A stretch of DNA of 64,000 nucleotides from positions 3,900 to 67,899 of the forward strand of contig JBGUPL010000013.1 of the NCBI GenBank assembly GCA_045130275.1, given 5' to 3'. Positions 36,936-46,782 of the stretch are shown one piece after another (position 1 is the stretch's first letter; each line of letters starts with the position of its first letter). The DNA comes from Bacteroidales bacterium. Its GTDB lineage: Bacteria > Bacteroidota > Bacteroidia > Bacteroidales > WCHB1-69. A program made the position numbers and the translations under genes. The notes beneath the pieces are model-generated. The model searched no databases. It worked only from the letters and a program-made list of their open reading frames with translations, and was not told the DNA's origin.

Positions 36936-39900
36936 ATGCGTGACGCTCGTATCTTTATAGAGAAAAAACAGGGTTTTCAGGTCGAGGCCGACAGTTTGAA
37001 AGCCACTTTGAACCAGAACTTTAACCTAAACATCACCAATCTTCGACATCTGAAGGTCTATGACATTTTCAACATAGATGAAGAACTGTTGAAGAAAGCC
37101 GAAAACGTGGTTTTCTCCGAGCCCGTAACGGACAACGTGAGCCATGAGTTCCCCTTGGAGGGACTTAAATATTTCGCCGTGGAGTTCCTGCCCGGACAGT
37201 TCGACCAGCGCGCCGACAGTGCCATGCAGTGCCTTAAACTCTTGAACCCCAAGACGGAAGCGGTCATCAAAAGCGCTAACCTTTACGTGATTGACGGCGA
37301 ACTGACCGACGATCAATGGCAAAAGGTCAAGAAATTCTGCATCAACGAGGTAGAAGCCCGCGAAAAGGACATGTCCCGATTGGAGCTGACCGAAAATCCT
37401 GATGTTCAAGATGTTCCGATATACAATGGTTTCAGAACCTGGACAGAGGAACAGTTGCGCGATTTCCATGGCAAGATGGGATTGGCCATGTCGCTGGAAG
37501 ACCTGAAGTTCATCCAGCAATATTTCGCCAATGATGAGAAACGCGATCCGTCCGACACGGAAATCAAGCTGCTGGACACCTACTGGAGCGACCACTGCCG
37601 CCACACAACTTTCGAAACGGCCATCACGGACATCCAGACGGAGGGCGACAACGTTTACAAAGAGCAAATTGAGAATGCGTTGCGGGAATATCTCGCCGTG
37701 CGCGACGAGATGTACGGCAAAGAGACGCAACGGCCGGTCACGCTGATGGATTTGGCTTCCATTAACGGCAAATACGAATACAAGCGCGGCAACCTTCCCG
37801 ACAAGGAGATTTCCGAGGAGAACAACGCCTGCAGCATCCGCGTGAAGGTGGATGTTGATGGCAAAGAGGAAGACTGGCTGTTGATGTACAAAAACGAGAC
37901 GCACAACCACCCGACGGAAATCGAGCCCTTCGGTGGTGCAGCCACTTGCGTGGGCGGCGCCATCCGCGACCCGCTGAGCGGCCGTAGCTACGTGTATCAG
38001 GCACTGCGTGTTACAGGTGCGGGTGACATTAACGCCCCGATTTCCGCCACGCTGCCCGGCAAACTCCCGCAGTCGGTGATTTCCAAGACCGCCGCCGCTG
38101 GATATTCCTCCTACGGCAACCAAATCGGTTTGGCTACCACCTGCGTTCGCGAAATCTATCATCCTGATTATCAAGCAAAACGTCTGGAAATCGGTGCCGT
38201 GGTGGGTGCCGTTCCCGAGAATCAGGTGCGCCGTGAGCGTCCGCTGCCCGGCGACATCATCATCATGTTCGGTGGCCGTACGGGACGCGACGGTATCGGA
38301 GGCGCCACCGGTTCCTCGAAGGAGCACACCGAGAAGTCGCTCGACACCTGCGCCGCGGAGGTGCAGAAAGGTAACGCACCCGAAGAGCGCAAAATCCAGC
38401 ATTTGTTCCGCCGTCCCGAGGTGACCAAGCTCATCAAGAAGTCCAACGACTTCGGTGCTGGCGGTGTCAGCGTCGCCATCGGCGAGCTGGCCGACGGACT
38501 CACCATCGATTTGGACACAGTACGTACGAAATACAAAGGTCTGAACGGCACAGAAGTCGCCATCAGCGAGTCGCAGGAGCGCATGAGCGTGGTGGTCGCG
38601 CCCGAAGACGTGGAGACCTTCTTCCAGTACTGCCGCGAGGAGAACCTGGAGGCCAACATCATCGCCAAGGTGACCGACAACAACCGCCTGACGATGACGT
38701 GGCGCGGCAAGACCATTGTCGATCTCAGCCGCGATTTCATCAACACCAACGGCGTGCGCCAGAAGGTGACCGCCAAAATCGCGCACGTGGCTGACGATGT
38801 GCTGAAACCTGCTGAAATTCAAGGGAAAACGATGCAGGAAAAGTGGCATAGCTGCCTTACCAATCCGAACGTGGCTTCCCAAAAGGGGTTGATCGAGATG
38901 TTCGACGCCACCATCGGTGCATCCACCGTGTTGATGCCCTTCGGCGGCAAAGACCAATTGACGGAAGCGCAGGTGAGCGCACAGAAACTGCCTGTACTGC
39001 ACGGACATACGGATCTCGCCTCCATCATGGCATTCGGTTACAACCCGTTCATCGCTATCCGTTCGCCGTACCACGCAGGGGTGATGGCCGTGTTGGAAGC
39101 CATGTCGAAAATTGTGGCTGCTGGCGGCGACTACCACAAGATCCGCTTCACCTTCCAAGAATATTTCGAAAAACTCGGCAAAGATGCTACCCGCTGGGGC
39201 AAGCCGCTTTCCGCGTTGCTCGGTGCTTTCTGGATGCAGAAAGAGTTCGGACTCGCTTCCTTGGGCGGCAAGGACTCCATGAGCGGCACCTTCAAAGACA
39301 TGCACGTGCCGCCCACCATCGTCTCCTTCGCCATCACCACGGAGAATTCCGACCACATCATTTCGCCGGAATTCAAACAAAAAGGAAACTATATTTACCT
39401 TATTGAGAATAAATTAGAAAACGATATCCCGAACATTCAGCACACAGCCGAGATATTCGACTTTGTACGTAAAAACATTCTGGACCAAAAGATAATCTCT
39501 GCATTCACGCTGCAGTTCGGCGGCATTGCGGAAGCATTGGCCAAGATGAGCTTCGGAAACGATTTAGGCTTTGATATTCAGACAAATAAAGACTTGTTTG
39601 CATACGGTTACGGTAGTTTCATCGTGGAAACCACCGAAAAGTTAGACGCCCCGTTCGCCATCGAGTTGGGTAAAATCGCTGACGACTTCATCGTCAACGG
39701 CGAAAAGCTCGACAAGGCGGCGTTGTTGGCGGCTTGGCGCGGTTTCTACGGCAAGCTTTACCCACAAACTGCCCCGAACGAGACGGCTTCCGTGGGCGCG
39801 GAGTTCGCCCGCAACGTGCAAAACAACAATTTCGCGCCTGCCACGAAAGTCAGCAAGCCGAAAGTGATTCTGCCCGTATTCCCCGGCACCAACTGCGACT

Positions 39901-40652
39901 ACGACACCGCGAAGGCTTTCGAGGATGCCGGTGCGGAAACCCGCATTTTGGTCTTCAAAAACTTGGACGAAGCGGCCATCGAGCACTCCATCGACGAGCT
40001 GGCGGCAGCCATCCGTGAGTCGCAGATCCTTGCGCTCTCCGGCGGTTTCAGTTTGGGAGACGAGCCCGACGGCAGCGGCAAGTTCATCGCCAACGTGCTG
40101 AACAGTCCGAAGGTCAAAGCGGCAGTCGAAGATCTGTTAGCCCGCAAGTGCTTGGTGCTTGGCATCTGCAACGGCTTCCAGGCGCTTGTCAAGTCCGGTC
40201 TGTTGCCTTTCGGTAAACTCGGCGATGTCACGCCCGACTCCCCCACCCTCTACCGCAACAACATCAACCGTCACATCTCGCGCATCGTGCGCACCCGCGT
40301 GGGCAGCACCAACTCCCCATGGCTTGCCTCCTTCAACGAGGGCGATGTCCACCAAATCGCGGTCAGCCACGGAGAGGGCAAGTTCGTGGTGTCGGAGCAA
40401 TTGGCCAAGCAACTTTTCGAGAACGGCCAAGTTGCATTCCAGTATTGCGACGAAAACGGACAAGTGAGCATGGATCCGGAAGACAACCCGAACGGCTCCT
40501 TCTACGCTATCGAGGGCATCGTCTCCGACAACGGCTTGATTCTCGGCAAGATGGGTCACAGCGAACGCAAAGGACATAACCTCTACAAGAACATCAGCGG
40601 AAACAAAGTGCAGGATATCTTTGCGAATGCAGTTCATTACTTTAAAGGTTAA
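36936..40652 (+). CDS. purL: Phosphoribosylformylglycinamidine synthase, single-chain large form
   Basis: 1238 aa. FGAM synthetase core motifs (NETHNHPTEIEPFGGAATCVGG, ESQERM) plus a C-terminal glutaminase with GICNGFQ and SHGEG. Confidence 0.95.
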   Translation: MRDARIFIEKKQGFQVEADSLKATLNQNFNLNITNLRHLKVYDIFNIDEELLKKAENVVFSEPVTDNVSHEFPLEGLKYFAVEFLPGQFDQRADSAMQCLKLLNPKTEAVIKSANLYVIDGELTDDQWQKVKKFCINEVEAREKDMSRLELTENPDVQDVPIYNGFRTWTEEQLRDFHGKMGLAMSLEDLKFIQQYFANDEKRDPSDTEIKLLDTYWSDHCRHTTFETAITDIQTEGDNVYKEQIENALREYLAVRDEMYGKETQRPVTLMDLASINGKYEYKRGNLPDKEISEENNACSIRVKVDVDGKEEDWLLMYKNETHNHPTEIEPFGGAATCVGGAIRDPLSGRSYVYQALRVTGAGDINAPISATLPGKLPQSVISKTAAAGYSSYGNQIGLATTCVREIYHPDYQAKRLEIGAVVGAVPENQVRRERPLPGDIIIMFGGRTGRDGIGGATGSSKEHTEKSLDTCAAEVQKGNAPEERKIQHLFRRPEVTKLIKKSNDFGAGGVSVAIGELADGLTIDLDTVRTKYKGLNGTEVAISESQERMSVVVAPEDVETFFQYCREENLEANIIAKVTDNNRLTMTWRGKTIVDLSRDFINTNGVRQKVTAKIAHVADDVLKPAEIQGKTMQEKWHSCLTNPNVASQKGLIEMFDATIGASTVLMPFGGKDQLTEAQVSAQKLPVLHGHTDLASIMAFGYNPFIAIRSPYHAGVMAVLEAMSKIVAAGGDYHKIRFTFQEYFEKLGKDATRWGKPLSALLGAFWMQKEFGLASLGGKDSMSGTFKDMHVPPTIVSFAITTENSDHIISPEFKQKGNYIYLIENKLENDIPNIQHTAEIFDFVRKNILDQKIISAFTLQFGGIAEALAKMSFGNDLGFDIQTNKDLFAYGYGSFIVETTEKLDAPFAIELGKIADDFIVNGEKLDKAALLAAWRGFYGKLYPQTAPNETASVGAEFARNVQNNNFAPATKVSKPKVILPVFPGTNCDYDTAKAFEDAGAETRILVFKNLDEAAIEHSIDELAAAIRESQILALSGGFSLGDEPDGSGKFIANVLNSPKVKAAVEDLLARKCLVLGICNGFQALVKSGLLPFGKLGDVTPDSPTLYRNNINRHISRIVRTRVGSTNSPWLASFNEGDVHQIAVSHGEGKFVVSEQLAKQLFENGQVAFQYCDENGQVSMDPEDNPNGSFYAIEGIVSDNGLILGKMGHSERKGHNLYKNISGNKVQDIFANAVHYFKG

Positions 40653-40675
40653 AGGCTAAGGGTTAAAGGTTAAAG
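40644..40675. repeat. Heptamer array (AAAGGTT family, 4.5 units) containing the purL stop
   Basis: aaaggtt aaaggct aagggtt aaaggtt aaag. Confidence 0.9.
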
Positions 40676-40687
40676 ATGCGACCCGTA

Positions 40688-40734
40688 CCATTAACCGTTA
40701 ACCGTTAACCATTAACCATTAACCGTTAACCATT
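40688..40734. repeat. Heptamer array (CCATTAA/CCGTTAA, 6.7 units) running up to the next ATG; reverse-complement family of 40644-40675
   Basis: Counted directly. It ends at the nucleotide before ATG 40735. Confidence 0.95.
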
Positions 40735-41373
40735 ATGAGAATCAACGATATAGAATACATTGAGGTGGAAGTCCTGGATGTGCGGGCGGCGGCGCAGGCG
40801 AGCGAAGCATTCTCCATGATTGTGACGGAGCGCTACCATCCGGACCATTACATCCCGATCATCATCGGGTTGAATGAAGCCCGGGCAATTCTGGGCGAGC
40901 GTCACGGCCGTCTGCCGCAGCGACCGCTCACGCACACCCTCTTCGCAGACCTGCTGACAGACCATATTCCAGACTACAATCTTGAATTTGTCTCCATCGA
41001 CGACTTCGGCGACGGCATCTATTACGCTTCTATCGTTATCCAATCGCCCACGGGCACCTATTTCAACGTGGACGCGCGCCCGTCGGATGCGGTGGCTATC
41101 GCTTTGCACGCGAATATCCCCATCTACTTCCGGAAATCCTTGTTCGAGAAGCAGATGCAGATTGCCAAAAAGGCCTCCGACTATCAGGAAACGGCCGATT
41201 TCATGGATTTCCGTCCCGGGGCCAAAGCAGCACCCACCGTCCCCTCCGCTGAAACGGAATGGGAGACCATGTCCTTGTCGGAACTCAACGACTTGTTGCA
41301 AAATGCCATAGAAGAGGAAAATTACGAACTGGCTGCGAAGATCCAGGAGGAGATTGATAAGAGAGGGGCTTAG
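40735..41373 (+). CDS. Bifunctional nuclease (DUF151/BFN-type) with a C-terminal UVR motif
   Basis: 212 aa. The N-terminal half fits the BFN pattern (PIIIGLNEARAI...DARPSDAVAIAL). The C-terminus NYELAAKIQEEIDKR is a UvrB/C-type UVR helix. Confidence 0.6.
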   Translation: MRINDIEYIEVEVLDVRAAAQASEAFSMIVTERYHPDHYIPIIIGLNEARAILGERHGRLPQRPLTHTLFADLLTDHIPDYNLEFVSIDDFGDGIYYASIVIQSPTGTYFNVDARPSDAVAIALHANIPIYFRKSLFEKQMQIAKKASDYQETADFMDFRPGAKAAPTVPSAETEWETMSLSELNDLLQNAIEEENYELAAKIQEEIDKRGA

Positions 41374-41444
41374 GTGGTTGTTGGTTGTTGGCTGTTGGCT
41401 ATTAGCTATTGGCTGTTGGCTATTAGCTATTGGCTGTTGGCTGG
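41374..41444. repeat. Heptamer array (GTTGTTG/GCTGTTG/GCTATTG/GCTATTA, about 10 units)
   Basis: Read directly; it begins right after the nuclease stop. Confidence 0.9.
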
Positions 41445-41478
41445 TCACTGGCGAGAAATTTGAAAACTGAAACCGATT

Positions 41479-41537
41479 GACTTAGACTTAGACTTGGACT
41501 TAGACTTGGACTTAGACTTAGAACTTAGACTTAGAAC
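41479..41537. repeat. Hexamer array (TTAGAC/TTGGAC, about 9 units, two of them 7-nt variants)
   Basis: Read directly; it ends 7 nt before the recQ ATG. Confidence 0.9.
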
Positions 41538-41544
41538 ATAAACT

Positions 41545-43440
41545 ATGATGACAAATGAAGATGTTTTCACGCAACGCGCTCGCGCGGTTCTCAAGCAACA
41601 TTGGGGATACGACAGTTTCCGTCCGTTGCAGGAAGACATCATCCTGTCGGTTTTAGAGGGCCGTGACACGCTGGCGTTGCTGCCCACAGGTGGCGGAAAA
41701 TCCATCTGCTTTCAGGTGCCCGCGCTCGTGATGGGCGGCCTCTGCATTGTCATCTCCCCACTCATCGCACTGATGAAGGATCAGGTGGAGCACCTCCGTG
41801 CCCGCCGAATCAAGGCTGGCGCCATCTACTCTGGCATGCGTGTGAGCGAAATCCAAGCCACCATCGACAATTGCCTCTTCGACCCCGAATACCGTTTTCT
41901 ATACGTCTCCCCGGAACGCCTTCAGACCGAAAGCTTCAAGGCCAACTTCGGACGGATGCCAGTCTCGATGATTGCCGTGGACGAGGCACACTGCATCTCG
42001 CAATGGGGGTACGACTTCCGTCCGCCGTATCTCGAAATCGCACAGATCCGCAAGATATTCCCCAAGGTGCCGGTGCTCGCCCTCACCGCCACTGCCACCC
42101 CCGAAGTGGTCAAAGACATTCAACTACGTCTGGATTTCAAAACCGAAAATGTTTTCCAGAAGAGTTTCAAGCGGAGCAATCTGACCTATTTTGTAGTGAA
42201 TGAGGAGGACAAGAACAGCCGGATGCTACGGATCATGAACCGTTACCCTGGCTCGGGCATCGTGTATGTGCGCAACCGCAAGCGGACAGCAGAAACCGCT
42301 GAGTTTCTGAGGAACAACGGCATCTCCGCCGACCACTACCACGCCGGGCTCGACCCCCGCGAGCGCGACCGCAAGCAGCAGAGCTGGATGAAAGGCGAGA
42401 CTCGCGTGATGGTCGCCACCAACGCCTTCGGCATGGGCATTGACAAACCGGACGTACGGTTTGTGGTCCATATCGACCTGCCCGACACGTTGGAGGCTTA
42501 CTTCCAAGAGGCGGGGCGCGGGGGCCGCGACGAAAAGCCCGCAGTGGCGATTTTACTCTACGACAACTACGACATCGCGCAGCTCAAGCGCAACTTCACC
42601 TTCACCTTTCCAGAACTCGACCGCGTGCGCGAGGTCTATCGCGAACTATGCCAGTCGCACCACATCGAACTCGGCACCGGCGAAGGAAAGGTCTTCCCAT
42701 TCTCCATGGAAGAGCACGCCCGCGCTGTGAACATGAACGCCACGCAATATTTCAGCGCGCTGAAACTGCTCAACAACATCGGCGTGATCCTGGTTTCCGA
42801 ACACTTGCGCGAGAAATCCGAACTGCAATTCCGTCTCAACGGCGACCAACTGATAAAATACTATCAGGAAAAAACGGATTATGAACCACTTATCACCACT
42901 ATCCTGCGCTCCTACAGCGGTGTTTTCAACCAATACACTAACATTGACGAACGCCTGCTCGCCAACCGTTTGGACATATCGGAAAACACTGTGGTCGAAC
43001 AACTTAAGCAATTGCGCGCGGAAAAGGTATTATCCTACCAACCTCAAAGCAACATTCCGCTGATTGTCTTCCTGAAAGACAGAATTGACGAAAAGTACCT
43101 CTATTTCGACAAAAAGATTTACGATTTCCGAAAAGAGAAGGCAAAAGAGCGGCTTGCTGCAGTGGAAAATTACGTGAAAAGCGACAACGTATGCCGCAGC
43201 CAGCTGCTGTTGCAATACTTCGGGGAGTGGGACAGCACCCCTTGCCAGGAATGCGATGTTTGCAGAAGAAACCAAATCCACCGTGTGCGGAAAACCGATT
43301 TCGAACTGATATCCAACGAGATACACATTCTTCAACAACAAGGTAAATCTCAAAAAGAGATACTTGCGGAATTATCAAAAAAGTACGAAGAGCCTCAGAT
43401 TGTGGAGGTGATGAGATGGTTGGCAGACCAGAAACATTAA
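41545..43440 (+). CDS. recQ: ATP-dependent DNA helicase RecQ
   Basis: 631 aa with PTGGGKS, VDEAHCISQWGYDFRP, the RecQ-C zinc cluster (CRSQ...C.ECDVC) and a C-terminal HRDC-like region. Confidence 0.9.
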   Translation: MMTNEDVFTQRARAVLKQHWGYDSFRPLQEDIILSVLEGRDTLALLPTGGGKSICFQVPALVMGGLCIVISPLIALMKDQVEHLRARRIKAGAIYSGMRVSEIQATIDNCLFDPEYRFLYVSPERLQTESFKANFGRMPVSMIAVDEAHCISQWGYDFRPPYLEIAQIRKIFPKVPVLALTATATPEVVKDIQLRLDFKTENVFQKSFKRSNLTYFVVNEEDKNSRMLRIMNRYPGSGIVYVRNRKRTAETAEFLRNNGISADHYHAGLDPRERDRKQQSWMKGETRVMVATNAFGMGIDKPDVRFVVHIDLPDTLEAYFQEAGRGGRDEKPAVAILLYDNYDIAQLKRNFTFTFPELDRVREVYRELCQSHHIELGTGEGKVFPFSMEEHARAVNMNATQYFSALKLLNNIGVILVSEHLREKSELQFRLNGDQLIKYYQEKTDYEPLITTILRSYSGVFNQYTNIDERLLANRLDISENTVVEQLKQLRAEKVLSYQPQSNIPLIVFLKDRIDEKYLYFDKKIYDFRKEKAKERLAAVENYVKSDNVCRSQLLLQYFGEWDSTPCQECDVCRRNQIHRVRKTDFELISNEIHILQQQGKSQKEILAELSKKYEEPQIVEVMRWLADQKH

Positions 43441-43545
43441 TCAAAAAAAATAGTATCTTCGCTGCGTTATTTTTTTTCAAACATTGTTTGCCACATTTGA
43501 CTAGGTTTTTCGTCAGTATTAATGTTGTTAGAAAATCATATTCTT

Positions 43546-45771
43546 ATGAAAAATACATGTATCCTTTTAGCAATCAGTTTGTTGTTGTCATTGACCGCAA
43601 CTGCGCAATACACGCCTTGGGATTCCACACAGGGAGCGTTGAATTTCAACACCATTTCGGCTCCCTACGTCAAGATTACGCACGGCAGCAGCACCAATCC
43701 ATGGCCTTCCGTCATCAACACGCCAGGTCCAAACCAAGCGAACGGTCACACCACCCATAAACTGATCACCACTCAGGCGACCGACCCCTGCAGGTGCTAC
43801 GGAAATGTCGCCGGGACGCCGCACGACAATGTCCTGCCCCCCGACTGGTCCATGAGTTATAACCTGCCGCATTTGGACACGGTGGTCATGTTGGGATGCA
43901 ACGACTGTTCCGGTTCGTGCGAGTGCACCAAGCACGCCCAGATAGAATACTGGTTCTACCCCGAAGTGGCAAACAGCACCCTCCTGTTCATGTTCACCTT
44001 CGCTGAAGAGGACGTGTCGTCACACGTTGCATACGGTTCTGGCACGAAAAACCCTCAGTTCTATGTTGAAGTGTTGGACGGGCAAACCGAACAATTGATC
44101 CCAAGCGGCTTCTATAAAGACCAGAACGGCAATCCCAACACCGCATGGCCCTACAATCGCTTTATGGCTTGTCCTGACGGAAGTCAGTATGGACAATCTT
44201 TTCATGTCGGGCCTAACAATTACGGTATCACCACCTATTATTGGGCACATCCCGATGCCACACCCACAACATTTGACTTCTACAAATGTCCTGTCGCCCA
44301 AACTTCCGGCCATGCTACCCAGCCTGTGGGTTGGTTTGAATACAGACCATTGGCTTTCGACTTGAGTGAACATGCCAGACAACACAAATCGGTGAAGTTG
44401 CGCATCCGTGTCTATGCTTGCACCGCGACATACCACTGGGCTTATTGCATGTTCACCGCGAAGATGATTCCTGGAGTCATTCAGGTGGACGCTTGCGGTG
44501 ACCAAGATGTCTCTTTGAGCGTACCTGCAGGCTTCCGCGAGGAGGGTTCCTATGTCTGGCATTACGGCTACGACTCCACAGACGCCATCAACCGTATATT
44601 AGACTGGGAGAACCCGCCTGTCGGCATCACGTCCAACGGTTGCTATGACATCTACATCGACCGCGACCTCACCAGGCTGTGGCCTTATTATCGCTGCGAG
44701 ATGCTCTCCTACACCGGAGCCCCGTTCATCTATGAGGCCCACGTGAAGTCATACTTCCTATATCCTGGTTTTGATTTCGAACAGATCTACGACAATTGCG
44801 ACCTGACGGTCAAGTTCCGTGACACCAGCAACATCTTCGCCGTTGTGCCACCCACATCCGCAGGTGCCACAGAAGACACCATCTATCAAGACACCCAATT
44901 CATACGATGGTTTGTGAAACGTAACGGCACCTTTATCCAATTCGCCCAAAACGACACGACACCCACTTATACTTTCCAAGATGGGGAAGTGAATGCTAAC
45001 GGAGAAGCCACCATCAAAATCATCATCCAGGATGAGGAATTGAAATGCATTGACACCTTGGAAAGGACCATCCAGCTGGACACCAGTGCGCTGGAAAAGG
45101 TCCTCGACACTGACACCATCTACACCTGTGAGGAAAAACTACCTTACAGGTATGACCCAGCCTATTTCGGGAACACACAAGAATGGTCCACAGAAGGCAC
45201 CCGCCGCGTGACCTATCAGAATCTGGCTTGGAACGGCTGCGACAGTCTGGTGGACGTCACGCTCATCATCCGCAAGCCCAAAGTCGATATCACGTTTGAT
45301 TTGGACTACTGTGATGAATTCACCACCACGCTCACCGCAGAGACGACCTCGGAAGTGGATCGTTATGAATGGAACACGGGCGAGACAACCCCGTCTATCA
45401 CCATCACCGAGCCGGGCAACTACTCCGTCGTCATCACTGACGATGAAGGTTGCATCTCCGACCCCCCGGGAACCATCAACATCCCGGCTTGCAAACCTTT
45501 CCTCAACCTGCCCAACACCATCACTCCGGGCCGTCAGGACGGTCTGAACGACTATTTCTCCATTCCACAGAAAAACCTCATCCAGGAACTTGAATTCACC
45601 GTTTACAACCGCAATGGCGACATCGTGTTCCACACCACCAACAAGGATTTCCGGTGGAACGGCTCCGAAAACGGCAAACTGTTCTATGGTGCCACATATA
45701 CCTACACCCTCTACATTATTGACTACGAAGGTGTCGCTTCGCGCCACAAAGGTTCCATCACGATTTTGTAA
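43546..45771 (+). CDS. Secreted protein with a T9SS type B (gliding-motility-associated) C-terminal sorting domain
   Basis: Signal peptide MKNTCILLAISLLLSLTATA|Q. The C-terminus NTITPGRQDGLNDYF...FTVYNRNGDIVF...WNG...YTYTL matches the type B CTD pattern. The N-terminal region is unassigned. Confidence 0.7.
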   Translation: MKNTCILLAISLLLSLTATAQYTPWDSTQGALNFNTISAPYVKITHGSSTNPWPSVINTPGPNQANGHTTHKLITTQATDPCRCYGNVAGTPHDNVLPPDWSMSYNLPHLDTVVMLGCNDCSGSCECTKHAQIEYWFYPEVANSTLLFMFTFAEEDVSSHVAYGSGTKNPQFYVEVLDGQTEQLIPSGFYKDQNGNPNTAWPYNRFMACPDGSQYGQSFHVGPNNYGITTYYWAHPDATPTTFDFYKCPVAQTSGHATQPVGWFEYRPLAFDLSEHARQHKSVKLRIRVYACTATYHWAYCMFTAKMIPGVIQVDACGDQDVSLSVPAGFREEGSYVWHYGYDSTDAINRILDWENPPVGITSNGCYDIYIDRDLTRLWPYYRCEMLSYTGAPFIYEAHVKSYFLYPGFDFEQIYDNCDLTVKFRDTSNIFAVVPPTSAGATEDTIYQDTQFIRWFVKRNGTFIQFAQNDTTPTYTFQDGEVNANGEATIKIIIQDEELKCIDTLERTIQLDTSALEKVLDTDTIYTCEEKLPYRYDPAYFGNTQEWSTEGTRRVTYQNLAWNGCDSLVDVTLIIRKPKVDITFDLDYCDEFTTTLTAETTSEVDRYEWNTGETTPSITITEPGNYSVVITDDEGCISDPPGTINIPACKPFLNLPNTITPGRQDGLNDYFSIPQKNLIQELEFTVYNRNGDIVFHTTNKDFRWNGSENGKLFYGATYTYTLYIIDYEGVASRHKGSITIL

Positions 45772-45801
45772 TATATCGGATTTTTTATAAGACTATTAAT
45801 T

Positions 45802-46782
45802 ATGAAAAGAACAGTTGTACTCCTTGCATTTTTGACTGGTATTTTGGGAATGTATGCCCAAACTCCCTCTATCACAAACAGTGACTTCGAATTGTGGTCC
45901 TACGGGAAACCGGTGAACTGGACTGTCGGGTTGCATGGCAACATCACCTCCTTCGTCAACATTCCCGTGGAGGTCAACTTCGGCACACAGAGCAGCGATG
46001 CACATTCGGGTAACTATGCCATCCAGCTGACATCGGCGGATTTCACCATCCCCCTTTTGAGCTACAGTTTCAACCTGCCCGGAATTCTGCAAGCCGGAGA
46101 ATCGGAAGGGTTTTCCATTCCGCTTGAGGCCATCTTGACCATCATCCAGATGTTCTCCGACACCACCGGTGGTTCCATCGGCGACCTGGATTCATTGGAC
46201 CTCGAAGCTCTGTCCTCGCTCCTGCAACTGCTCTCCAAGGGGGTGCCGTGCAACGCTACGCCCTCCGTTGTATCCGCTTGGGTGAAGTACCAGGCTCAGG
46301 GCAATGACCAAATGACCATGGTTGCTGTAACGAAGAAAAATGGGGTCCCTGTGGACTACGCCTACAAATCATTCAGCGACCTGAACCCGAACGCTTACCA
46401 GGAAGTTGGCGTCAACTTTGAGAATCCCAATGCGGAGTGTGACTCCATTATGATTGTGTTGCTCTCTGCCACAAGTCTAAACAGCGGTTCCGTGTTGCTT
46501 GTGGACGACATCGCGCTGCATTTCAGCGGTGTCGGCATTGCCACCCTGGAAGATTTTGAGGGGAAAGTTTATCCCAACCCGGCTTCTGATATGGTGCACA
46601 TCCGTCCTGGTGACGGAAGCGCCTACCAGTGGACGCTCACCGATTTGACTGGCAGGACCTTGCAAACGGGTGAAGCTTGCGGCGAGACCACTGTGGACAC
46701 CCGCAGCTGCGCCCCGGGCATCTACCTGCTCCAAATCCTCGCAAACGGGAAAAACAGTGTCTCCAAAGTCGTGATCCGCTGA
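45802..46782 (+). CDS. Secreted protein with a T9SS type A C-terminal sorting domain (N-terminal region possibly PCMD-like)
   Basis: Signal peptide ...GILGMYA|Q, then NSDFELW near the N-terminus. The C-terminus KVYPNPASDMVHI...GIYLLQI...VSKVVIR is a Por-type CTD. Confidence 0.7.
   Translation: MKRTVVLLAFLTGILGMYAQTPSITNSDFELWSYGKPVNWTVGLHGNITSFVNIPVEVNFGTQSSDAHSGNYAIQLTSADFTIPLLSYSFNLPGILQAGESEGFSIPLEAILTIIQMFSDTTGGSIGDLDSLDLEALSSLLQLLSKGVPCNATPSVVSAWVKYQAQGNDQMTMVAVTKKNGVPVDYAYKSFSDLNPNAYQEVGVNFENPNAECDSIMIVLLSATSLNSGSVLLVDDIALHFSGVGIATLEDFEGKVYPNPASDMVHIRPGDGSAYQWTLTDLTGRTLQTGEACGETTVDTRSCAPGIYLLQILANGKNSVSKVVIR

Noticed and set aside
40726-41448. ORFs with striking low-complexity ends: 40726-41448 (minus strand; QQPIANSQQPIANS...), 41445-41705 (minus strand; SKSKSKSK) and 10218-10463 (LLPVAYCLLPIAYC).
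   Set aside because: The periodic peptides are simply translations of the heptamer/hexamer arrays. The remainder of each ORF is antisense to, or overlaps, well-supported genes (the nuclease, recQ and the sensor).
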